Origin: Candidatus Bathyarchaeota archaeon
GTDB taxonomy: Archaea > Thermoproteota > Bathyarchaeia > Bathyarchaeales > Bathycorpusculaceae
Assembly: GCA_963828195.1 (NCBI GenBank)
Contig: CAWHDT010000003.1
Location: 384,001-448,000 of the forward strand
Direction: 5' to 3'
DNA: 64,000 nucleotides
Shown here piece after piece: positions 41,547-51,907 of this stretch. The position numbers were made by a program, and so were the translations under genes. The notes under the pieces were generated by a model. The model ran no database searches, was not told the DNA's origin, and saw nothing but the letters and a program-made list of their open reading frames with translations. Positions within the stretch are counted from its first letter, which is position 1. The number at the start of each line of letters is the position of its first letter.

Positions 41547-42344
41547 TTATGCTTGCGGTTTTCTCTTGTTCTCGATGATTTGAGCAAGTATGCTTATTCC
41601 GATTTCTTCAGGAGTCTCTGCGCCGATATCTAGCCCCAATGGAGCATGTAGCCTCCGCAGTTGAGCATCGTTGATTCCTTGATCTCTGAGTCTCTGAGTA
41701 AGAATCGCGGTTTTCGTTCGGCTGCCTAACAAACCGACGTAGGCAGGTTTCTTATTCATCACGCTTTTTAATGCGGCATAATCATGTTCTGGTTCGCCGT
41801 GAGCAATGACTACAAAATCGTTAGAGTTTAAATCAAAAGTGTCCAAGACCTGCTTGAAGTCCCCTGTGACAATGTTTTCAGCCATCGGGAACTGTTCTTT
41901 GCTTGCTAGCTTGCGTTCGTCATCAACTATGACAACTTTGAAGCCGACAGTGCTGGCGAGCTTGGCAAGGGGCAGTGCAACGTGACCAACTCCAACTATG
42001 ATTAGTCTCGGAGTGGGCTCAATTACGTCTGTAAGAACGGTTAATTCTCCTCCACAGATCATTCCTGTCCCGACAGTTCCTTCTTTGGGGTCTTTATTTA
42101 GGTTAAATGTGACTTTTCTTGACCTGCGCTGATTTATGGCTTTCAAGGACTCCTCAACTAATGCGCGCTCAACTTTGCCTCCGCCTATGGTGCCATACGT
42201 TGCGCCGTCTTCGCTGACAATCATCTTTGCTCCCACATCTCTGGGACCCGAACCTTTTTTCTCGACGACAGTACATAGAGCAAGACTTGTTCTTTTTTCA
42301 AGTAAGCGTGAGGCTTTATTTAAAATCTCTAAATCAGAAGGCAT
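41547..42344 (-). CDS. xdhC: XdhC/CoxI molybdoenzyme maturation factor
   Basis: GSGPR..GAKM, GTIGGG, GMICGG, YVGLLGS, GLDIGAETPEEI. Confidence 0.92.
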   Translation of the reverse strand: MPSDLEILNKASRLLEKRTSLALCTVVEKKGSGPRDVGAKMIVSEDGATYGTIGGGKVERALVEESLKAINQRRSRKVTFNLNKDPKEGTVGTGMICGGELTVLTDVIEPTPRLIIVGVGHVALPLAKLASTVGFKVVIVDDERKLASKEQFPMAENIVTGDFKQVLDTFDLNSNDFVVIAHGEPEHDYAALKSVMNKKPAYVGLLGSRTKTAILTQRLRDQGINDAQLRRLHAPLGLDIGAETPEEIGISILAQIIENKRKPQA

Positions 42345-42400
42345 TCTAAGTCTAATAATATATAGTCCGAATATCAATTTTAGGCTTGCGTTTGGTTGCC

Positions 42401-44416
42401 TTACTTGATGAGTTCTTCAGGTTTAACTGGCGTGTGCCTTATGCGTTTGCCCGATGCTCTTTCAATGGCTCTAACAACAGCGAGGGGTACACCTATCGTG
42501 GGGGCTTCACCTAAACCTTTGGCATGATGCGGCATCCAACTGGGGTTTTCAACTATAACGGTTGTGAATTTAGGAATGTTTTCCGCGACGGGTAAGCCCG
42601 CATCAAAAAGGTTTTTCGTTAGCAAGTTGCCCTCAGCGTCATGCACGACTTCTTCGTAGAGCACCTGACCGATGCCTTGTATGGTTCCGCCGATGATTTG
42701 GCTCTCAACCATCTTTGGGTTAAGTGCCCTGCCTACGTCGTAGCTGCCCGCGACTTCTTTTACGTTAACCATGCCAAATTTGTCGATACCGACTGTTGCG
42801 AGAACCGCGCCAAAGGAGTTTAACTGGGCGTTTTGGTTTTCATAAACTTCCGATGAGTAATTGCCCTTCAGCAAGTTTGCCGTTATGTAGTTTCCTTCCT
42901 TGTTTTCTACTTGCTTCTTCAGTTTTTTGGCTGCGGCAACAATTGCTGCCCCAGCGACGACGGCGCTTCTGCTTCCCCAACTTCCCACGCCATCTTTAAG
43001 CATGCTGGTGTCGCCTCGGTTCAAAGTCACTATGTCTTCTGGGATGCCGAGTTCTTCTTTGAGCAGTTTCTTGACGAAAACATAGTGCTCCTGACCATGC
43101 TGGTTACCTCCTAGCCACACGTTCACTTTGCCATCTTGAACATCTATCCTTGCAGATTCTCCGCCCCAAAGAGCGGAAAGCAAAACGAAAAATCCAAGCC
43201 CTGCTTTGTCTTTTTGCGATTTTTCCTTGTATTTTAAGTCTGAAACGGCTTTAGTGAAAAAAGGTCGAGATGCCTCAATTTCTATTCCAAGCGGGGATTT
43301 GAAGTTCTCTGTTGTTGTATTTATGAGGCGGACTTCGTCAGCTTCCATTCCCAGTTCATCCGCCAGCAAATCCATCATGCGCTCCCTAAAGAAGGCGGCT
43401 TCAGGTCTGCCTGCGCCTCGGTAGGGACCCTGAGGAGGCTTGTTAGTCATAACAGCCCGTGCAAGCACATGTGCTTTTTCAATGCCGTACGGACCAGTCA
43501 ACTGCATCCCTATGAAAAAAGGCGAGCTTGACCCAGCGGTTCCTCCAAAAGCTCCCGCATCAACCGTCACTTCGCCGCGCCAACCCGTCACCACCCCGTT
43601 TTTATCAGCGAAAATCTTCATTTTGCCGCGAACTCCTCTGCCAGGCTGGCTGGCGGCTAAGTGTTCACTGCGACTTTCGATCCATTTCACTGGGCGCTTG
43701 TATTTTATAGCCGCATACGCTGCCATGATGTATTCGGGGTAAAGGGCGCTTTTTGAACCGAACGCGCCGCCTGTGTCTGCTTGAATAACTTGCACTTTGG
43801 ATTCATCTAGTTTGAGAAATGAAGCCAATCCTTCTTTAATGCTGAAAACCGCTTGGGTGGAAATGTAGACTGTTAGTTTGGAGCCGTCGTAATCTGCGAT
43901 TAAGCCTCTGGGTTCTAAAGGGTTATTCACGATTCTTCCGATTGAAAACTCGTCCTCCAAGACAACTGAAGACTTTGGGTCTTCAAAATCTGTGCCCAGC
44001 CATCTTTGCATGATAATGTTTGATTTTGTTCCCGCATGCAGAGGCTCTCCCGAAAGTGATTCATCGATGGTCATCAATGGCTTTAGCTGTTCATAGTCTA
44101 CTTCTACTTCATCGAGTTTATCTTCCGCTCCATAGCGGTCGTCATCAAACACCGCAGCTACAGGTTGACCTACATAGTTTACGGTGTCCTGTGCAAAAAC
44201 GGGGTGCATCAAAGCGGGGTTTGTGGGTCCACCCCAGCCTTCTCCGCCACCTCCACCGGCGCCTTTTAAGTCATTGCGGTTCAAACCGCCTTTTACGGAA
44301 AGAACCCGCGCCCGCGCATGAGGGCTCCTAGCAACAGCCATGTAAAGCATATTGGGCAGTTTTATGTCATCCACGTATTTTCCTGCGCCTCTAACCAACA
44401 ATTTTGATTCGCTCAT
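42401..44416 (-). CDS. coxL: Molybdenum hydroxylase large subunit (CoxL/CutA-like)
   Basis: GGAFGSK, PYRGAGRPEA, GQEH, GSWGSRS, QI.GG..QGIG, KGLGE. Confidence 0.85.
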   Translation of the reverse strand: MSESKLLVRGAGKYVDDIKLPNMLYMAVARSPHARARVLSVKGGLNRNDLKGAGGGGGEGWGGPTNPALMHPVFAQDTVNYVGQPVAAVFDDDRYGAEDKLDEVEVDYEQLKPLMTIDESLSGEPLHAGTKSNIIMQRWLGTDFEDPKSSVVLEDEFSIGRIVNNPLEPRGLIADYDGSKLTVYISTQAVFSIKEGLASFLKLDESKVQVIQADTGGAFGSKSALYPEYIMAAYAAIKYKRPVKWIESRSEHLAASQPGRGVRGKMKIFADKNGVVTGWRGEVTVDAGAFGGTAGSSSPFFIGMQLTGPYGIEKAHVLARAVMTNKPPQGPYRGAGRPEAAFFRERMMDLLADELGMEADEVRLINTTTENFKSPLGIEIEASRPFFTKAVSDLKYKEKSQKDKAGLGFFVLLSALWGGESARIDVQDGKVNVWLGGNQHGQEHYVFVKKLLKEELGIPEDIVTLNRGDTSMLKDGVGSWGSRSAVVAGAAIVAAAKKLKKQVENKEGNYITANLLKGNYSSEVYENQNAQLNSFGAVLATVGIDKFGMVNVKEVAGSYDVGRALNPKMVESQIIGGTIQGIGQVLYEEVVHDAEGNLLTKNLFDAGLPVAENIPKFTTVIVENPSWMPHHAKGLGEAPTIGVPLAVVRAIERASGKRIRHTPVKPEELIK

Positions 44417-44904
44417 TCAGTGTTACCAGCCTTGTTTTTCATCGGGTCTTTAGCCTCTTTGACGGCTTCCACAATTCCCCGGTAACCCGTACATCGGCAT
44501 AAGTTGCCCGAAAGCATCCTCTTTATTTCTTCATCGCTCAAATCTCTGTTTTGGCTCAGCATCCAGTAAGACGTCATTATCATTCCCGGCGTGCAAAAAC
44601 CGCATTGCAACCCCTGCTTTTCTATAAACGCCTTCTGCAAAGGATGCAGATCGCCCTCTTTTGCCAATCCTTCAATAGTGAGTATTTCCTTGCCGTTTGC
44701 CTGAACGCCGAGCATCGTGCAAGATTTAACTGCTTTACCATCCACCAAAACCGTGCATGCACCACAATTCGTCGTGTCGCAGCCCTGATGTGTGCCTGTA
44801 AGCCCCAGGTCTTCTCTAAGTACACTTACAAGTAGCCGTCTTGGCTCTAATTCAAGCTCAACAGGTTTCCCATTAACCTTAAAACATGTTTTAACTTTTT
44901 TCAT
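44413..44904 (-). CDS. coxS: [2Fe-2S] small subunit
   Basis: GCDTTNCGACTV, QCGFCTPG, NLCRCTGY. Confidence 0.93.
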   Translation of the reverse strand: MKKVKTCFKVNGKPVELELEPRRLLVSVLREDLGLTGTHQGCDTTNCGACTVLVDGKAVKSCTMLGVQANGKEILTIEGLAKEGDLHPLQKAFIEKQGLQCGFCTPGMIMTSYWMLSQNRDLSDEEIKRMLSGNLCRCTGYRGIVEAVKEAKDPMKNKAGNTE

Positions 44905-45778
44905 AGCTGCCCATCACCGCTCTTTTATACGCTGATTCCACCGCGTCTTTCACTAGGATACCTAAAACTTTGCGCCGATACTCTGCCGACGCAGTAATAT
45001 CCGTAATCGGCTTTGAGGCTTCCACAGCCAATACAGCAACGTTATCCAACACAGTCTCCTGACACGTCTTTCCCACTAAGGCCTGTTCAGCTTTTTCAGC
45101 CCTCAACGGCTTCGGACCGACAGAAGTCATTGCGATTCGGCACTGAGAAACCGTGTTATCATCCGCAACTGAAACGTGTGCTGCGGCACCCGCTATTGCG
45201 AAACCGCCGGAGCCCTTCTTGACTTTGCAGTAAGCGCTCCCAACGCGGCCTTCATGCAGGGGTATTTGGATTTCAGCCAGAACCTCATCAGGCTTTATAG
45301 CGGTTTTGAATTTGTCTAAAAAAAATGGATCTGACTGGATAATTCGGGTTCCCTGTTTACCCGCAATCGCGAATAACGCGTTTAACGCAAGCATCGTTGC
45401 AGGCAGATCATTTGCAGGAGATCCAAGACATAAGTCGCCTCCGACCGTGCCCAGGTTCCTGACTAAGGGGTCAGCGATTCCTGATGCGGTCTCGGTGAGA
45501 ATCGGCAGTAGCGCAGCAATCTCAGAGTCATTTTCTATGGTGCTCATGGTTGTTAATGCACCGATTTTAAGCATGTTTTCTTCTTTGCGAATATAATTGA
45601 GCTCTTTGATGCCAGTTATATCAACCACGTTTTTTGGAGAAAGAGTCCTCAGCTTCAAAGCAGGTATCAGGCTTTGACCGCCAGCCAAAATTTTTGTTTC
45701 GGGTCCGAGGGTTTGAAGAAGTTGCAACGCGTCGGAGAGATTTTTCGGCGAAAAATAATCGAAAGGTCGAGGAAACAT
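44891..45778 (-). CDS. coxM: FAD-binding medium subunit
   Basis: ILAGGQSLIP, RNLGTVGG, SAEYR. Confidence 0.92.
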   Translation of the reverse strand: MFPRPFDYFSPKNLSDALQLLQTLGPETKILAGGQSLIPALKLRTLSPKNVVDITGIKELNYIRKEENMLKIGALTTMSTIENDSEIAALLPILTETASGIADPLVRNLGTVGGDLCLGSPANDLPATMLALNALFAIAGKQGTRIIQSDPFFLDKFKTAIKPDEVLAEIQIPLHEGRVGSAYCKVKKGSGGFAIAGAAAHVSVADDNTVSQCRIAMTSVGPKPLRAEKAEQALVGKTCQETVLDNVAVLAVEASKPITDITASAEYRRKVLGILVKDAVESAYKRAVMGSYEKS

Positions 45779-45943
45779 AAAAAGACCACATTTAAACAAG
45801 TAGTTTGTAAAATATAAACCATAGTTGTAATGGTTTGATTCGTTTTGTGAAACAACTTAACAGGTTAGCATCACTTCTATGGAAGTCTCCAAGGAAAAAT
45901 TGGCGCGAATCAAGAAACTAAAATGTCAGGGTTTCTTCAATTA

Positions 45944-46414
45944 TTAGCTTGGGGTTGAAGGTTCCACGATTAAAATCGTTTCCATATTCTGCATTTTAGG
46001 CAGGTTCCTCTTGATCCGAGCAATTATGTCCTTTAAGTTAGAAAACGTATCGGCTTTCACCTTAACGATTATGTCGTAGGCGCCATGAACTGAGAAAGCT
46101 TCCAGCACTCCTTCGGCGTTGTTTTTGTCCAATGTGTTCATTGCTCGAATAAATGTTGCATTAACGTCGTTAAAACATTGGCTTCGGTATTCTTGACCTT
46201 CAACTTTTGATTTTGAGAATTCCTCTTTTATACATGTTCTCAAGTCTAAATCAATTTGGTCAATTTCGTAAAAGGATACTGTTGGGCTTTTCATAACCTG
46301 ATACATGTACGCCTTCATAGAGTTTGCTGTCCTGGCAAGTTTGTCCAGCCTAAATAAGTGTATTTTATATGAATTGCGTCTATAAGCTAAGTCCACTCTC
46401 TCTTTATCGGACAT
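45944..46414 (-). CDS. Protein with C-terminal Lrp/AsnC RAM domain
   Basis: GVLEAFSVHGAYDIIVKV...ETILIVE. Confidence 0.7.
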   Translation of the reverse strand: MSDKERVDLAYRRNSYKIHLFRLDKLARTANSMKAYMYQVMKSPTVSFYEIDQIDLDLRTCIKEEFSKSKVEGQEYRSQCFNDVNATFIRAMNTLDKNNAEGVLEAFSVHGAYDIIVKVKADTFSNLKDIIARIKRNLPKMQNMETILIVEPSTPS

Positions 46415-46634
46415 GATATTCAGTCAAGTTATTGATTAACTCAGAAATTAGCGTTTCCATATATTAGTCTGTCATGCTTTGTTCCTTCGGTGGAACATCA
46501 TATAGCGTGCGCGGAAGAAGTTTTTATTATTTATTCTTTGTTGGCTTCCTTCCTAACCTTATCTGCGCGCGCGACAATCACAGACGCAAGATTTAAGTCG
46601 AATTCATGTTTCAAATATCAATGGGGCGACTATT

Positions 46635-47222
46635 GTGAATAAAGTTCACGTATGGACATGTGATGAACATGGGGGATTTGAGCTGTTTGCAGATATGGGA
46701 GAAAAAACGTATTGCATAAAATGCGGCAAAGCTATGAAATATCAAGGCAGCTATGAAGAGTCCGTTGAGGTTGAGACAACTCCCGAGTTAAATGAGCATA
46801 AAACACGTAGGCAATTATTGACATACCCAATCAAGGACGTTGTGAATGAATCTGCTAAATCAAGCAGGTTGGATATGATTCCTGAAGCTCAAGAAGTAAT
46901 ATTAATGATTTTAGAAACAGGCAACCTCAAGAATTTCATGAGAATGGATGGTTTGCCATTAAGTTACGTTGATGATGATAAAAAGCGTCTTCTTGTGGAC
47001 TCTATATCCAGACGAGCCAAGTATGAATATTTGCTTTATAAGGTTGTAGCAGAACGTCACAGAGGAATTTTGCCCAAAGAGGTTATCTGGGATAAAAAAG
47101 AATTAGCTTGGGACTCCGAATATGTTGTCACTGAAACTATACCAAAAGGAATAGAAGTTCAGATTACAGAGAAAACAAAGATAATTTGTCTGTTGAAAGA
47201 CCTTCTCGAGCAATATCATTGA
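46635..47222 (+). CDS. Hypothetical protein with N-terminal Zn ribbon
   Basis: C..H...CIKCG. Confidence 0.6.
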   Translation: MNKVHVWTCDEHGGFELFADMGEKTYCIKCGKAMKYQGSYEESVEVETTPELNEHKTRRQLLTYPIKDVVNESAKSSRLDMIPEAQEVILMILETGNLKNFMRMDGLPLSYVDDDKKRLLVDSISRRAKYEYLLYKVVAERHRGILPKEVIWDKKELAWDSEYVVTETIPKGIEVQITEKTKIICLLKDLLEQYH

Positions 47223-47309
47223 ATTATAAAAGCGCATGCTTTTTCAAAAAGTTAGAACCAAAAAGTAAACCTTATTACACACGTGTCGTATACATATTGG
47301 CATGTGTAG

Positions 47310-47912
47310 TTGAAGGATGTGCTTAATGTGGTAAACTTTACAGTATCCATATCCGAAGACCTCAAAGCTGAGATGGATAAGTTTCCAGATGTAAATTGGT
47401 CCGAGCTAACACGAAAAAGCATTCAAGTTTATTTACAGAGCAGGAAAAATCCGTTCCCTCCATTAGAATTTGAAATGAAGGAGGCGCACATGGTCTATGA
47501 TGATGATTTAAGGAGACCATTAATGTCTGTGTTACTTAAGGGAACAAGTAAATTGGATTCGGAACTTGTTATCGACAGAATACTCTTCAAGGTTGAATTC
47601 AATAAAGAGTATGGAAGAGGAAAACTGGAAGGTGCCTTCACTGGACAGTTTTTGGAATATCAATCGGTAAGAGGGCAAGGCGAATCTAACATCAAGATTA
47701 CTTTCTATCCTGAAGTTGATATGCTGCGGTGCCTAAATGAAAAACTTGATGCAACATTCTGGGTTTATGTAACACTGACTGTCTTTGTTCAAGGCTTTGT
47801 GTGTCCTCAGATTAAAGTCGTGCCAATAAAAGTTCCAATTGACGAGTGGAAGAGCCAAGTAGAGTCATCGTTGAATAAGTATGATGCAGATTGGAACCAC
47901 ATTCGTACGTGA
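47310..47912 (+). CDS. RHH-domain protein with beta-rich C-terminal domain
   Basis: NFTVSISEDLKAEMDKFPDVNWSELTRKSI resembles the VapB-type RHH; inverted repeat tacac...gtgta upstream. Confidence 0.65.
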   Translation: MKDVLNVVNFTVSISEDLKAEMDKFPDVNWSELTRKSIQVYLQSRKNPFPPLEFEMKEAHMVYDDDLRRPLMSVLLKGTSKLDSELVIDRILFKVEFNKEYGRGKLEGAFTGQFLEYQSVRGQGESNIKITFYPEVDMLRCLNEKLDATFWVYVTLTVFVQGFVCPQIKVVPIKVPIDEWKSQVESSLNKYDADWNHIRT

Positions 47913-47986
47913 TAGCGTAGAAAAGGCGTTTTTCTCACCAAAAGGTGTACTTAAATTTTGTCAGCGTCCGAAGGAGGTTAGGTAGA

Positions 47987-48307
47987 ATGACCAAAGAAAT
48001 TGTGCCTAAACTTAAAGCGCTCACTCAAAGTATTGACAAAATGATGGAAGATGTTCAACTGATGCTGGGTTTAAGTCAAAAGGAAGTAGCCCATCTCCTT
48101 TTGTTGTTAGAAAAGGCGGATTTCGGTCACCTGGCTTTTTTTCGAGGAAACATATACTTAAGGTTTCAAAAAGAAGACCCTTTGGAAAAATACAGTAGAA
48201 TTACTCTGATAGTTGAGATAGTAGATAGTGATATTCCGAATAGAACGGAGTACACTATCCCACGAGGTTTTATACGCTTAGCTAAAAGGAAAAATCTGGA
48301 CCCGTAG
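47987..48307 (+). CDS. Hypothetical protein
   Basis: GGAGG RBS before ATG 47987. Confidence 0.5.
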   Translation: MTKEIVPKLKALTQSIDKMMEDVQLMLGLSQKEVAHLLLLLEKADFGHLAFFRGNIYLRFQKEDPLEKYSRITLIVEIVDSDIPNRTEYTIPRGFIRLAKRKNLDP

Positions 48308-48507
48308 CCCAGAAAATTATTAAGTCAGCTTCTTGGACTTGGGTAACTTTTCTACGAGTGCAAAACTTAAACTAAATTTGTAAACACGTATTTTTTTCTA
48401 CTAAACGTGAAATTAAAAAAAGTTAACCGCCTTGGATGAACCACTAGGCGTTTTGATGCAGGTTTAAATGTCTTGCCTAGTAATCATTTTACTGGTGCAA
48501 CCCTCAA

Positions 48508-49326
48508 GTGTCTTATCACTTTAACATCCCGTATCGAAGCAACGCCAAACTTAAGGCGGTTATGGAAAGAATAAAAGAAGACAAGAAGCTTCAGACCTAC
48601 TGGAAATGCGCCAACGTCATGGCTATAGAGCGCATGGGCTACACTGACCATGGTCCAACACACGTTAAAATCGTAGCGAACCTCGGGTTGAAGATTCTGC
48701 GGATTATGGTTGAGAAAAAACTCATAACACCCAGCATAGTGGAGAATTACGATATGCAAAACGATGATGCGGAAGTTGTTGTTGTTTTAGGCGCAATCTT
48801 CCACGATTTAGGCATGATAGTTCAAAGGCATAACCACGAGAAATACGGCGCATTCTTGGCTCTGCAATTTCTGGAGAAATGCCTTCCGCCAACCTACAAT
48901 GAAGAACAAATAGCAATAATGACTTCGGAGGTTCTCCACGCAATCGTAACCCATGAAGAACCCCACAACAATGAACCCCAACATAGCCGAATACTGACGA
49001 AAGAGGCGGGCATAGTCGGCATCGCTGACGCCTTGGACATGGAGGCGGGAAGAGCCCGGATTCCTTTTCAAGCTGGAAAAGTGGACATCCACGCGGTCTC
49101 AGCACTCTCTATCGAAAAAGTTGAAGTGGAATGCGCTGAAACAACTGAGCATGGAGAAAAACCAATAAACATAAAAATCAAAATGTCAAATTCAGCAGGC
49201 GTATTCCAAATTGACGAACTCTTAAAGCCGAGAATCATAAACTCAGGGCTAGAACAATTCTTCCACGTAATCGCCGAAATCACGGGAGAAAAAGAAAACA
49301 GAATAATCGAAAAATTCGAAATCTAA
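48508..49326 (+). CDS. HD-superfamily phosphohydrolase
   Basis: DHGPTH, FHDLG, H, ADALD. Confidence 0.88.
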   Translation: MSYHFNIPYRSNAKLKAVMERIKEDKKLQTYWKCANVMAIERMGYTDHGPTHVKIVANLGLKILRIMVEKKLITPSIVENYDMQNDDAEVVVVLGAIFHDLGMIVQRHNHEKYGAFLALQFLEKCLPPTYNEEQIAIMTSEVLHAIVTHEEPHNNEPQHSRILTKEAGIVGIADALDMEAGRARIPFQAGKVDIHAVSALSIEKVEVECAETTEHGEKPINIKIKMSNSAGVFQIDELLKPRIINSGLEQFFHVIAEITGEKENRIIEKFEI

Positions 49327-49457
49327 ACTTTTTGCACTCAAAACGCTGACAATTCAGCTGATGACTGGCACTGAGCCGAAACTCAGTCGGGGATCCAATT
49401 GTATAAACCTGTTATGCTGATGGTCGGTTTGTTGATAATTCTCATTTTGTTTTTTAT

Positions 49458-49690
49458 AGAAACCCTGATTGAGCTTTAAATCAAAAAATCAAACTATAAC
49501 AAGCCCCGAAGCCGACCTACCTATAGCCCTGCCTGCTATTTGCGCCAAAAAACCGCTGCAAAAAGAAACTGGGCGGAAGAAGAAGAAAAACGCTTTCACA
49601 GAGCTTCTTCTTCTTTTAAAATATTGCCAAGAAGAACAACATTTGAATTTACGGTGTTGTTGTTCTTTAAAAAATTATCCTGCTGTGCCG
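49458..49690 (-). repeat. Structured intergenic element, copy A
   Basis: Reverse complement aligns along its length with 56149-56389; two tandem hairpins. Confidence 0.88.
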
Positions 49691-49709
49691 AAGGTCGAAT
49701 GCTGAAGCA

Positions 49710-50510
49710 TTATTTTCCGAAGCGACGTTTGCGGTACTGGAATGTTCGGATGGCTCGCAGCAAGTCGATAAGGCGAAAATCAGGCCAGTAAACATCGAGG
49801 AAAAGAAGTTCGCTGTAGGCGGCTTGCCAAAGCAGGAACCCGCTTAATCGTTCTTCTCCTGAGGTGCGTATAATCATGTCTGGGTCTTGTTTATCCATGT
49901 GAGATGTGTAGAGGTACTTTTCAAAAGTGCTCTCTGTCACTTCATCTACGTCCAGCGCGCCGCTCTTGACTTCCTGAGCAATCTTTTTAGTTGCATCCAC
50001 GATTTCTGCTCTGCCGCCATAAGCAAACGCGAAGTTCCAGAAGTAACAGTCATAATTCGCCGTTGCCGCTTCCAGCTCTGCGATAGTTTCCTGTAAACTT
50101 TTAGGAAGAAGGTTAGTTCTGCCGAGAACTTTGACGTGGATCTTATCCCGATGCAACCGTTCATCATGCAGCAGTTTTCGGAATCTTTCTTCAGCAACCT
50201 GCATGATTTTTTCGATTTCGTCTGAATGCCTGGAAAAATTCTCAGTTGAAAACGTGTAAAGTGTGACGTACTTGACGTCGATCATGTGGGTCCAATCTAA
50301 AAGCAGCTCAACCGTGTCAGCGCCGTTCTGATGGCCCCATTTATCCTGCAGCAAAAACGGGTGGCTTTCCTTTTCGTTTGCCGCCCATCGCCTGTTTCCG
50401 TCTAAAATTATCGCGACGTGTTCAGGTTTTACTCCGCCTTTAACCTGCTGCCAAAGCCATTTCTCATACAGCTTATATGCGCCGATGACAGAAAGCATCT
50501 TTTTAAGCAC
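49710..50510 (-). CDS. uppS: cis-prenyltransferase (polyprenyl diphosphate synthase)
   Basis: HVAIILDGNRRWA, FSTENF.R, YGGRAEI, IRTSGEERLSGFLLWQ, RRFG. Confidence 0.95.
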   Translation of the reverse strand: MLKKMLSVIGAYKLYEKWLWQQVKGGVKPEHVAIILDGNRRWAANEKESHPFLLQDKWGHQNGADTVELLLDWTHMIDVKYVTLYTFSTENFSRHSDEIEKIMQVAEERFRKLLHDERLHRDKIHVKVLGRTNLLPKSLQETIAELEAATANYDCYFWNFAFAYGGRAEIVDATKKIAQEVKSGALDVDEVTESTFEKYLYTSHMDKQDPDMIIRTSGEERLSGFLLWQAAYSELLFLDVYWPDFRLIDLLRAIRTFQYRKRRFGK

Positions 50511-50636
50511 TAAACGTGACCTCGCATGTTAAACAATTCTTGAAAGGTTTTTCTCTTCGACTTTGCGTTATACTTAAGCTTTGCCAGTTTCAATTAAATC
50601 TTGCCCTAATTCCACCTTAAAAGTCGGGAACAAATT

Positions 50637-51872
50637 TTATTCAGATATTTCATCCTTAGCAGATTTTTTAAAGAAACCAGCGGTTGAACGGCTAAATATG
50701 AAAATTAACAGCACAGAAGCAATGCCGATTAAGATACCTACAACTACCGTAAAGATGAACATCGAAAAATACTGGTTATTGAGGCTTACAATTGATTGCC
50801 CGTTTGAGTTGTAGATGCTATAGATTACGTTGGCAGTTGCTTCAAGAATAAAACCGGACCACACAACAGTGACAATTAAAGCGATGTTGCGCAGTAATTT
50901 TGGGTCTCTTCCAAAGTATAAACGTACACTTCTTCCCGCAAAAACTATGGTTAGACCCACCACTAGAAGGTCAACAATGCCTTTGATAAAGAAAGTAACT
51001 ATCTTTGGAGTAATAGCTATCCATCCTGCAAAATCAGTGGGAAACGGTCCAGCGTTAATGTTGACGTTTGCTACTCCAAGATAGACGCTGACAGCGATGC
51101 ATAAGATTCCCGCGAAAACCATGTAATTTGACATTTGCATTCGCAGGGGCGGCGGTGAATAGTCTTTTACCCATTTATAGACGTCTTTAGCTGATCTGTC
51201 AACGCCAAAGCCTTTGATAAGTAAGAAACCGCCCAGCACAATTACAAAGGCAATTCCGTAGTAGTCAATGGCGCCTGGGTAAACGAAATTGTTGATAGCC
51301 CAAAGAATACCGAAAATTAAAACCAGCAATCCAGGCAAACCTAATGCCATACGTGCATACCGCGGGTTATTGACCAGCAGCCGGACATATTTTGTGAAGA
51401 CAGCAGCGGTCTCCTCGATTGATTCACTATGCTTTATAACTATCCGTCTAACTGACGAAACAGGCACCCTGGATTCAACAAGAGGCAAAATTGCCTCGTC
51501 AGAATAACCGTCACTAACCAGAATCACTTCATTAGCATTAAAAGTGTCAAGTAAATTATTTAATTCGCCAACTAATTTTCTGTCCGCGCTTACGCCGCCC
51601 AGCTCAGAACCTGTTATTGTAGCGACTTCAAACATTTCCTCCGGCTGCTTTTCGTTTTGTAGCCTATCATAAAGCCGCACAGCCTCGAACATGGCGTTTG
51701 CATCTGGTTCTTCAGGGTCTTTTAAAGCTAAGGCAACTGCGCCGTCTAAGTTTGCGGTTCTTCCAAGAAGAGGCGTTTTTATTCCCGTTTTTACTTCGAT
51801 GTCGCCGTCTCTGTCAACGCATAAAATTAGGATACGCTTTTGCGTTTGTTCTTGCGTTTCCTTCTTAGCCAT
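50637..51872 (-). CDS. DUF373 family membrane protein
   Basis: LCVDRDGD, DPEEPDAN, VSDG..DE; multiple TM segments. Confidence 0.88.
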   Translation of the reverse strand: MAKKETQEQTQKRILILCVDRDGDIEVKTGIKTPLLGRTANLDGAVALALKDPEEPDANAMFEAVRLYDRLQNEKQPEEMFEVATITGSELGGVSADRKLVGELNNLLDTFNANEVILVSDGYSDEAILPLVESRVPVSSVRRIVIKHSESIEETAAVFTKYVRLLVNNPRYARMALGLPGLLVLIFGILWAINNFVYPGAIDYYGIAFVIVLGGFLLIKGFGVDRSAKDVYKWVKDYSPPPLRMQMSNYMVFAGILCIAVSVYLGVANVNINAGPFPTDFAGWIAITPKIVTFFIKGIVDLLVVGLTIVFAGRSVRLYFGRDPKLLRNIALIVTVVWSGFILEATANVIYSIYNSNGQSIVSLNNQYFSMFIFTVVVGILIGIASVLLIFIFSRSTAGFFKKSAKDEISE

Positions 51873-51907
51873 CTACATCTCTATTCCCTTTATACTGGCA
51901 TTTAACT

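Noticed and set aside
49368-49388. actgag-ccgaaa-ctcagt hairpin after the HD gene
   Set aside because: Short and not shared with repeat copy B; probably a local terminator-like stem or chance.
49469-49791. Short ORFs over repeat copy A (and 56094-56303 over copy B)
   Set aside because: Indels and stops differ between copies, so the reading frame is not conserved; the element looks non-coding.
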